IMG/VR virus record: IMGVR_UViG_3300024308_000188
Location: 1 to 64,000 of that record
Direction: 5' to 3' (one strand)
Length of the DNA: 64,000 bases
Of this stretch, positions 1 through 8,835 are shown piece after piece. How positions within the stretch are numbered: position 1 is the stretch's first letter; each line of letters opens with the position of its first letter. The translations under genes were made by a program, and so were the position numbers. The notes under the pieces are model-generated. The model saw only the letters and a program-made list of their open reading frames with translations. It had not been told where the DNA came from and ran no database searches.

Positions 1-1732
<1,732 letters not shown>

Positions 1733-1738
1733 GATCGC

Positions 1739-1770
1739 AAAAGGGAACCTCTTTCGGGGTTCCCTTTTTT
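1739..1770. terminator. Intrinsic terminator after groEL, probably bidirectional
   Basis: aaaagggaacc-tctttcgg-ggttccctttttt stem-loop flanked by A and T runs. Confidence 0.85.
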
Positions 1771-1802
1771 ATTTGTCAAAAACTGTTAAATTTTAGGTAA
1801 AA

Positions 1803-1823
1803 GAAAAGGGGCCGAAGCCCCTT
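1803..1823 (-). terminator. Intrinsic terminator with cUUCGg loop ending the minus-strand block
   Basis: Minus strand reads GGGGCTTCGGCCCCTTTTC just after the stop codon at 1830. Confidence 0.85.
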
Positions 1824-1829
1824 CAATAA

Positions 1830-2348
1830 TCAACTTGAAAATGTTAAAAAGAATTGCTTTGTGTTATTTCCATCATACACAGCAGAAATTAATTTTTCCA
1901 AGTGTATATCATGTCCACAAATCCAAGTATGTTGATCGATAATTATCCAACGATACTTTTTAAACTCTGCTTTCTTAAGTGACTGACATAAACGTCCATA
2001 TTCTGCTGGCTGCCTGACTTTGTAGTAATCGACAAAACTAGGTAAAGAAAAGTCATTATCCTGAGTCGTTATCCACAAAATTCTCTCAGAACTATTTTCA
2101 AGTTCTAATTTCTTAGATTCTTCATAACAGAACCATTCCTGAAAAACTGACATTCCGGCTCTTTGTGGGGCGCGTAATCCAATAACTCGAAAAGCGGCTA
2201 CATCAGAGGCGTTGAATTCAATAGGTGAATAAGAACCATCTTCATTCGCTTTTACATGAATGGCTTCCGAAATTTTCATCGAACTTTCACGGCAGGCATT
2301 TATGTATGCAAGTGTTGCTTGCTGAACGTAGTTTAGTTGTATTTCCAT
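1830..2348 (-). CDS. Hypothetical protein with a degenerate P-loop-like pattern
   Basis: 172 aa. VIGLRAPQRAGMS is Walker A-like without the Lys, and WIIIDQ is Walker B-like. Confidence 0.45.
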   Translation of the reverse strand: MEIQLNYVQQATLAYINACRESSMKISEAIHVKANEDGSYSPIEFNASDVAAFRVIGLRAPQRAGMSVFQEWFCYEESKKLELENSSERILWITTQDNDFSLPSFVDYYKVRQPAEYGRLCQSLKKAEFKKYRWIIIDQHTWICGHDIHLEKLISAVYDGNNTKQFFLTFSS

Positions 2349-2387
2349 CTTTACTTTCTCCAGATAAAGATCTGCACTATTACAGAT

Positions 2388-2747
2388 CTAATACTTAGCT
2401 GGAAGTTCGACTGTTTGACCTGCGTAACTGTGCGTACAATCAGGCAAATATCGAATCTTTCCATTCTCAATAAAAGAATGACACACTGTTCTAAAGCGCG
2501 GATCATTCAAAACCAAATTTCTTCCATTAGGTAATATAGAAATTCTGTCGTATTCTTCTTCAAGCTCAGGACTTAAATCTGGATTACATGATTTAATATC
2601 CACTGAAGGTTTAAGAGTAGGTGTATTCAGATTAAAATTGAATACCCATTTAGGATTCTTTGTAACATCTATGTTGACAGCATGTTCAAGATTACAACCT
2701 ACACAGAAAAATATAACAGACTTATCTACAACTTTTGCTCGGAACAT
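2388..2747 (-). CDS. Small Cys/His metal-binding protein, DUF6527-like
   Basis: FFCVGCNLEH...WVFN...PTLKPS...CHSFIENGKIRYLPDCTHSYAGQTVELP. Confidence 0.6.
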   Translation of the reverse strand: MFRAKVVDKSVIFFCVGCNLEHAVNIDVTKNPKWVFNFNLNTPTLKPSVDIKSCNPDLSPELEEEYDRISILPNGRNLVLNDPRFRTVCHSFIENGKIRYLPDCTHSYAGQTVELPAKY

Positions 2748-3139
2748 TAAAATCTGTCCTCTGGTTTACGATTAGCTAAAATGATTTTATTTTCGGCTAT
2801 ACTGGCTGCCAGTGTTATCTTTGACCAATGTTTGTAAGTAGGTGAATTGTTGAATTCTGCATTTACTGCCGCAATTTGAGGTAAGCGTCTGGTTACTCCA
2901 CGAGTACGCATTAACTCAACACAAGCTAATGCTAAATTTTCGTCACGTTCATCTTTAGCATCGTAGTACCAGTCAATAAGATCTCGAATCATATTTATCA
3001 ACTGCTTTTCCTGCATGTTCCCTACAACAATAGCATCACGCAACGGCCAAAATTTCCGTAACTCTTCGCGCTGTGAGTATTCACTTAACGGTTTATTTCT
3101 CAGATTGGTGGCCTTAGCTACAAATACTTTAACTTTCAT
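2747..3139 (-). CDS. Hypothetical protein, with an MKVKVFV-AKA leader variant
   Basis: 130 aa ORF with start/stop overlaps to both neighbours. Confidence 0.6.
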   Translation of the reverse strand: MKVKVFVAKATNLRNKPLSEYSQREELRKFWPLRDAIVVGNMQEKQLINMIRDLIDWYYDAKDERDENLALACVELMRTRGVTRRLPQIAAVNAEFNNSPTYKHWSKITLAASIAENKIILANRKPEDRF

Positions 3140-3456
3140 TTCATGTCCTTAAAAACAATTCTATAAATTGGTTGAACAAAAGCGTTTTTGTTTCCATCAA
3201 AACGACATACGTAGTTTTCGTAAAAATCAAGACCATCCATGTTAATACGTTTACTAAGTTCTGCCTTAATAAGTTCACTTATTCTGTGAAGCCTGTTGGT
3301 ATTTATAGCAGGTCTTTCGTGCTGTAGACTTGGATTCTCGGCAACGCTATGTAGATAGTGCATGTATTCACGAGTTTCTTTGTTATAAGCATCAAATACT
3401 TTTTGAAACCTAGAATCAATGGCAACTGATGGGACATTTTTAAAATTTATTTTCAT
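3136..3456 (-). CDS. Hypothetical protein
   Basis: 106 aa ORF with ATGA overlaps to neighbours. Confidence 0.6.
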   Translation of the reverse strand: MKINFKNVPSVAIDSRFQKVFDAYNKETREYMHYLHSVAENPSLQHERPAINTNRLHRISELIKAELSKRINMDGLDFYENYVCRFDGNKNAFVQPIYRIVFKDMK

Positions 3457-3908
3457 ATGAATACAAACGTCATGCGTTTGCCCTCACCTTCAAGGAAGAA
3501 TCTTTTATTACGTTTAGTTATTTTACCGTTATCGATTAAATCTCGAATTCTCGCGTAACGTGGATCATCTTCCTCGCCATCAATGACATTTCGTAAATAT
3601 TCACGTAAATCAGATAAGGCTATTACGTTGTTCTGGTTTGCTGCCGTTTGATTTATATTAAGTGATTCTATTCTATTTGATATTGAAAGACGCAGCCCTT
3701 CATCACCAGGCAGTCCAAACTTATCTCTAAGTTCTCTGTTAATTCTTCCTAATTCGTCAGTTCTGAAATCCGTGTACCAGCGTTTAGCCTCGGCATCAAT
3801 AAATCTCTGCAATCTAGGCTTATCGCTTTCGGAAAGTTCAATTGCATCGTATCGCTGTGCCTTTCCATTGTTTTCGTTAACTACATCACGAGCAGTTGTT
3901 ATAGCCAT
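3453..3908 (-). CDS. Hypothetical protein, paralog of 3923-4360, possible C-terminal winged helix
   Basis: RBS GAGG. C-terminus IRDLIDNGKITKRNKRFFL aligns with the neighbour. Confidence 0.6.
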   Translation of the reverse strand: MAITTARDVVNENNGKAQRYDAIELSESDKPRLQRFIDAEAKRWYTDFRTDELGRINRELRDKFGLPGDEGLRLSISNRIESLNINQTAANQNNVIALSDLREYLRNVIDGEEDDPRYARIRDLIDNGKITKRNKRFFLEGEGKRMTFVFI

Positions 3909-3922
3909 GTTTGTTCCTCTGC

Positions 3923-4360
3923 TCAGATAAACTCGATGAATGCTGTTTTGTATCTGTATTGAAATTTGTAACCGTCACCGTTTTTAGTGAATAGACCACG
4001 ATCTACAAGATATTCAACACCTATATAATTAAAGTGATTGTATTCACCGATTTTTGCTTTAATGCTCGCTAAAGCAACTTGCATATTCGTTTTACTTACA
4101 TTCAATCCGGCTATCAATCCAGCGATAGTGTCATCGATGTCTTGAAGTAATATGCTTTCATCATCCAATCTGTATCGACGAATTACTTCTTTTTTAGCCT
4201 GTTGTTCAACCTTAAGCATTTCGTCATCATAGTAGAATTCAGCAACAGATCTTGCATAAGATTCAAACATGCCTTTTGTTGAACTTGGCATGTCCAGAAC
4301 GAAATTTCTGGCACGAAACCCGTTAAAAGAATCACTAATACCGTATTGTATTCGAGCCAT
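3923..4360 (-). CDS. Hypothetical protein, paralog of 3453-3908
   Basis: RBS GGAG. C-terminus VEYLVDRGLFTKNGDGYKF. Confidence 0.6.
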   Translation of the reverse strand: MARIQYGISDSFNGFRARNFVLDMPSSTKGMFESYARSVAEFYYDDEMLKVEQQAKKEVIRRYRLDDESILLQDIDDTIAGLIAGLNVSKTNMQVALASIKAKIGEYNHFNYIGVEYLVDRGLFTKNGDGYKFQYRYKTAFIEFI

Positions 4361-4374
4361 CTTATACTCCAGCC

Positions 4375-4638
4375 TTATTGTTTTGTCAGCATCTTAAGAT
4401 CTACAATGTTACCCAACAAAGATTCTTTGACTATCTTAAGTGCATCAATCCTTCCAACAATTTCATGAGCCATCATTTCACTGGCTTGTGTGCCTCGACT
4501 CTTAAGAGCGCGTAATTTTTTATCACTTGCCTTAATCGCATCATTTATAAGTTGCAGTGTTTCAGGAGCTGTTGTAGTTAGTGCAGCTATTTGTTTTGCA
4601 CTAGCTGATTCAGATAGCAAAAGTTGCTTCTTTTTCAT
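4375..4638 (-). CDS. Small helical protein with S-x-S leader (putative head protein)
   Basis: N-terminus MKKKQLLL-SES-ASAK. Confidence 0.6.
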   Translation of the reverse strand: MKKKQLLLSESASAKQIAALTTTAPETLQLINDAIKASDKKLRALKSRGTQASEMMAHEIVGRIDALKIVKESLLGNIVDLKMLTKQ

Positions 4639-5129
4639 AATGATTTATTTCCCTTTATAATGCTCTTTTTAAGAATACCAACAGTTCTTATGTCGTTGTA
4701 TTTTCCTTCAAGTGCATCTATATGAGTGTAGCCAGACTTCAATAACAATTCAGCAAGTTTTGGCTCAGACTGATACCACTCCCAAACTTTTTTATGGCCA
4801 CCATGATTTAATGAATTTAACTCATTGTACAGTGTCAGCGCTTTATCTTTTGATACAAGGTTAAATTTTTTATAGGAATCTATAATACCTTGTTTTATTC
4901 TGGAAATGATTTCACTAAAGGTCACTTGAGCATCAAGTGTACGAAAGCCAAAATTAAATCCTTGACCTAAGTTTATGTCATATTCCATTAAATGTCCGCC
5001 ATATTGCAAAGCATATTTGGCATCTTGTGTGACCCAAATTATATGAGTTCTATTTTGATATTCTTCAGAAAACTTTCCTTCAATACCACGATAGAATTTT
5101 TCACCAGATAAGCTGATTAAAATTTTCAT
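4635..5129 (-). CDS. ADP-ribosyltransferase-like (ART-PolyVal-type) protein with S-x-S leader
   Basis: MKILI-SLS-G leader, then FYRG...IWVTQDAKYALQYG..LMEYDINL and a C-terminal GYTHID. This resembles the Y[HR]G / [FW]xTxD..YA..Y pattern of phage ART-like domains. Confidence 0.5.
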   Translation of the reverse strand: MKILISLSGEKFYRGIEGKFSEEYQNRTHIIWVTQDAKYALQYGGHLMEYDINLGQGFNFGFRTLDAQVTFSEIISRIKQGIIDSYKKFNLVSKDKALTLYNELNSLNHGGHKKVWEWYQSEPKLAELLLKSGYTHIDALEGKYNDIRTVGILKKSIIKGNKSL

Positions 5130-5131
5130 TA

Positions 5132-5782
5132 CTAAGCTTCCAAATCCACTTCCGTAGATGGTACATAGTCAGGCCAAGTTACCCAAGGCATAGCTTCCAA
5201 TTCAGATAAGGATTTTATTTCAAGAATACGCCTCTTTAATATTCTGCGAATCCCTTCTATTGTTCCAAAATAAGATCTCAAGCTTGTGTCTGATCCGTGA
5301 AAGTTTTTGATTATGCCAAGCGCTAATTCGTATGGATTCTGACCTACCAATTGACTTTCATTTACTAAAAGCTGAGGAACTTCAACATTGCTTTTATCTT
5401 CTGCTAGATCGTAAGCAGTAACATAAGAAAAAGCATCATCGTATTTCATTCTGTAAATGTCGGTCTGAATCTGAGTTGTTGTTTTCGATACCGTGTGGTA
5501 GCCCGTGGCAGCTTCCTGTACTCGATTGGCTTGCTCAAAACTACGTTCAATATATAAATATTTCGCGTATTCAAGTCTTATGTTATCCAGAGAAGGTTTA
5601 GATACTTTTTCATAAGAATTCGGCCATACAATATCAGAGTATTCGTCACCGTAAGAGTAAACTTTTAAAGAAGGATAGTACCAAGATATTGATTCAACGT
5701 AACTTGGAAGCGGCGGTCTACCATCTAAATTTGCTCCAGCTAAATTCGGATTTATTTTTACGTTGAATGTCATTTTAACCAT
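5132..5782 (-). CDS. Putative tail-fibre assembly/chaperone-like protein
   Basis: YYPSLKVYSYGDEYSDIVW...KP N-domain. C-terminal IEGIRR...LSELEAMPW resembles tail-fibre assembly proteins. Confidence 0.4.
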   Translation of the reverse strand: MVKMTFNVKINPNLAGANLDGRPPLPSYVESISWYYPSLKVYSYGDEYSDIVWPNSYEKVSKPSLDNIRLEYAKYLYIERSFEQANRVQEAATGYHTVSKTTTQIQTDIYRMKYDDAFSYVTAYDLAEDKSNVEVPQLLVNESQLVGQNPYELALGIIKNFHGSDTSLRSYFGTIEGIRRILKRRILEIKSLSELEAMPWVTWPDYVPSTEVDLEA

Positions 5783-6275
5783 TGTTATTTACCGTAGTAA
5801 GTTCAATGGAAATAGATGCTTCATTAGGGCGCATAACTATTGTTCCATTATTTGTTAATCTGTATAGATACAATCTGATTACATCATTAGTGTTGATGTT
5901 AAGATTATCAAGTTCTGAAATAATAGAGGTCAATCCTCCACCTACCTCATATAATGAACCATAAGAAACAGATCTATCAACAGATACGTTATTAATAGCT
6001 AAAAATGCAACTACAGTATCGGCCCTATTGGAAGAAGATCCTTTAGATCCAGTTAAAGTGCAATTTAACTTGAATCCTATTTTTATACGTCCTGACATTC
6101 TTGAAACTATTTCAGATCGTCCTTTGATATGTGAAAAAAGTTTTGCGTTTGGTTGCCCTTCAACCTCTCCCCAAACAACAGGAATAGGTTGGTTAGTAGC
6201 TACTGAAATTGTTAGTGTGTTTTTCAATACAATAGAGTTTGCATTGGTAGGGGACATATTCCCTTTTAGTATCAT
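5775..6275 (-). CDS. Beta-sandwich (C1q/BclA-C-like) protein, possible fibre component
   Basis: Beta-rich. SGRIKIGFKL...LNINTNDVIRLY...EASISIE resembles the C1q/TNF fold. Confidence 0.4.
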   Translation of the reverse strand: MILKGNMSPTNANSIVLKNTLTISVATNQPIPVVWGEVEGQPNAKLFSHIKGRSEIVSRMSGRIKIGFKLNCTLTGSKGSSSNRADTVVAFLAINNVSVDRSVSYGSLYEVGGGLTSIISELDNLNINTNDVIRLYLYRLTNNGTIVMRPNEASISIELTTVNNNG

Positions 6276-6333
6276 AAAGTAAGTCCAATTAGCTTACAGT
6301 GTGTCCCTCTACCAAAGCCTGTATGTTATGTAG

Positions 6334-8001
6334 TTAATCCTTAGCTACTTTGTTGATTGCTTTTTGAATAGTGCTGTTTGGACGAGCACCAACTTTCTCA
6401 AACCATTCTTTAATTAAGTTTGGATCAATATAGTTTTGAATTGCAGTAGTAGCAGTTACTTTTTCACCGTTAACATGACCTAATTCTTCACCAACTTTTT
6501 TCATGGCCTCAATAAACCATTTATTTATTTCGGCTTCAGATTTACCACGGAAAGCCGGAGCTTTATCAAGAACAGCACCTGCAACAATGGTTCCACGGGC
6601 ATGTCGGAATTTGTGAAGTGTAATGCTTTGATCTACACCTAACGAACGCAAATATTTATTTACGTAAGTACCATTCACATGTTTAACAGCACGACCGAAT
6701 TGAGCAGTCATTATTAAATCATTTGGCTTTTTACCTTCAACCAAACTATCTAATAACCCCTTCATCATTTTGCCTTCAGGCTTATTAGTATGTATTTTAT
6801 GAATTTGTTTAACGCCACTCTTGCCCAAATAATTCAATGTGAAATATCCGGTTCCACGAGAAGTATAGTTTTTACATACCAACGTGCTAATGCCTTGACC
6901 ACTTTGACCAGCAGTACCAATACGAGCAGAGGTTTCGTAAATAAGTTCAAGAATTAAAGCAGATACAGTGTCAGCATCTTCATAATGACCTGTCTTTAAT
7001 TCATGCAACCATTTTTTACGGGCAGCCGGAAGATCTTTTATTAGTGCATCAACAGTGTTAAACTTTTTACCCGCCTTCTCTTTGCGATACTCAACTGTGT
7101 AAATACGTTGAGGCTGCCCAGTACCAAACAGTGGATAGTGAAGGAAAACATAAGTGTTATCCAATTCAGGATCGTACTTAGGATTTGCTTCTAAGCGGCC
7201 TGTTATAGCACCATCAAGTTTTACTTTGTTCGTGTTGTAATAAGCACCGTTTTCATCAACGTAACCATTGAATCCTTCAGGCACTTTGCTACGAATTTTG
7301 TTCTGCTTTAGATAGCGAACTAACTCTGTAGCCTTAACAAGCTTTTCACCACTTTGTCTGACAAAGCTTAATGTTGCTTGCTTTGTCCCTTCGTTAATGT
7401 CCCGCATTAATTTCAGGAAAACTTTATACTGTTCAGGTTTTTTGTCACGTAACGAATTTTTATCTTCGACAGTTAAGTCGGCTTCAGGCTTACCGAAGAT
7501 TTTACGGCAGAATTTATTAAGTTCTGCAACTAAATCTTGTTGGTTACTTTGCTCAGCATCTTCGTGAAGGAAAACAGCTGTTAGATCAGGATCACCAAGT
7601 TTACTAATATGACGAGTAAGATTTTTTAAACTTGCGTCACTCCCACGAAGTACAATACCCATCATATACTTCAAAAGATCAATATGGTCTTTGGTAAGAT
7701 CCAACTCTTTTGTAAGCATACCAGCTTTTTCACGTTCTTTCAGAACACGAATTAAAGCATCAAGATCCCAATCCATATCGGCATTGTCGTTTAAGCAGCC
7801 ATTTACTATAGGATTGAAAGTTGATCTTGGAATACGAAATCTTTTCAAAAATTCTTCGGCGTCTGAATTCCACTTACGGATCTTAGATTTAACTTTAGCG
7901 CCCAAAGGTTCTTCAATCAAACACACCATTATTGAACTGGCTACAAGTTTGATGAATGATTCTGTAGAGTTTTTACTCACAGCAGAAATTGAAATAATCA
8001 T
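6334..8001 (-). CDS. DNA topoisomerase IB with N-terminal extension and S-x-S leader
   Basis: Catalytic pentad in order: ARIG, YLGKSG, HKFRHARGT, LGH, IQNYIDP. N-terminus MII-SIS-A. Confidence 0.88.
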   Translation of the reverse strand: MIISISAVSKNSTESFIKLVASSIMVCLIEEPLGAKVKSKIRKWNSDAEEFLKRFRIPRSTFNPIVNGCLNDNADMDWDLDALIRVLKEREKAGMLTKELDLTKDHIDLLKYMMGIVLRGSDASLKNLTRHISKLGDPDLTAVFLHEDAEQSNQQDLVAELNKFCRKIFGKPEADLTVEDKNSLRDKKPEQYKVFLKLMRDINEGTKQATLSFVRQSGEKLVKATELVRYLKQNKIRSKVPEGFNGYVDENGAYYNTNKVKLDGAITGRLEANPKYDPELDNTYVFLHYPLFGTGQPQRIYTVEYRKEKAGKKFNTVDALIKDLPAARKKWLHELKTGHYEDADTVSALILELIYETSARIGTAGQSGQGISTLVCKNYTSRGTGYFTLNYLGKSGVKQIHKIHTNKPEGKMMKGLLDSLVEGKKPNDLIMTAQFGRAVKHVNGTYVNKYLRSLGVDQSITLHKFRHARGTIVAGAVLDKAPAFRGKSEAEINKWFIEAMKKVGEELGHVNGEKVTATTAIQNYIDPNLIKEWFEKVGARPNSTIQKAINKVAKD

Positions 8002-8009
8002 AAAATTCC

Positions 8010-8786
8010 TTAAGCAAATATAGCTTTAACTTCCGCAGCTATCTTTTCAAGTTCGGGCAATCTATCTGGAGCCACATAACGCTGACTTATATAATCTATA
8101 CTAGGTTTGCCGCCATATAGACTTGAAAATATTACATATTCAGCTATTCCGACTTCATTACCTTGAAAATAATTCGTCACGGCTGTACGCAATTCTTCTG
8201 GAAAATCCCATGTTTCAAAAATCTTAAGAGTAACTGATTTTTCAATTACCTGTAGATTAGATAAATCTAAATCTTTGAACATTGAACGATTAAAAGATTT
8301 TTCCATTTCACATAAAATGGCTAACATCCCTATTCTACTTGTAACCCCTAACAACATAAGAGGTTCAAATATTTTGGTATTCTTTCTAACCTGAGATAGC
8401 GCTATCGCGTATGCTGTAATACGCACACTGTCATCCCAAACACTTTTCAGTATTTTAGATATATAAGGATCAGCCGAAATAAAAAGTTGTTCCATAGCCA
8501 TAGCAACAACCAAAGCTTTTACTTGAGTAAATCCTATGCGAACAACTGCTTGATGTACAGTTTCCACAGGAACTCTTCTATTAAAATGAGCGCTGTTTGC
8601 TAATCGAATAAGTCGCAAAGATAATGCACTATCTCGCATCAACACACTAACAAGCAACTGCGCGTTTACTTCTTGTCTATCCGTAACTTCCATTACTTTA
8701 ATTGCAATATCTGGAAGAGTAGGTAGAGTCATGCTGTTATTATTTATTTTATCGAAGAACATTTGAAGCAGTGCAGTTTCTGGCAT
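8010..8786 (-). CDS. HDOD-domain protein (host-like)
   Basis: LPTLPDIA...DSALSLRLIRLANSAHF...VETVHQAVVRIG...WDFPEEL is the HDOD signature. Confidence 0.88.
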   Translation of the reverse strand: MPETALLQMFFDKINNNSMTLPTLPDIAIKVMEVTDRQEVNAQLLVSVLMRDSALSLRLIRLANSAHFNRRVPVETVHQAVVRIGFTQVKALVVAMAMEQLFISADPYISKILKSVWDDSVRITAYAIALSQVRKNTKIFEPLMLLGVTSRIGMLAILCEMEKSFNRSMFKDLDLSNLQVIEKSVTLKIFETWDFPEELRTAVTNYFQGNEVGIAEYVIFSSLYGGKPSIDYISQRYVAPDRLPELEKIAAEVKAIFA

Positions 8787-8800
8787 ATAAAACTCCGGTC

Positions 8801-8835
8801 GAAAATTGGGGCAAGTTTCCCTGCCCCTTCTTTTT
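8801..8835 (-). terminator. Intrinsic terminator
   Basis: Minus strand GGGGCAGGGAAACTTGCCCCAATTTTC after the stop at 8836. Confidence 0.65.

Noticed and set aside
1830-2348. Terminase ATPase
   Set aside because: Too short, the Walker A Lys is absent, and there is no nuclease domain.
6334-8001. Tyrosine integrase indicating a prophage
   Set aside because: The motif context (RIG, FxxxYxGKSG, HxFR, T..TA..NYIDP) fits TopIB. No att sites or host gene flanks were seen.
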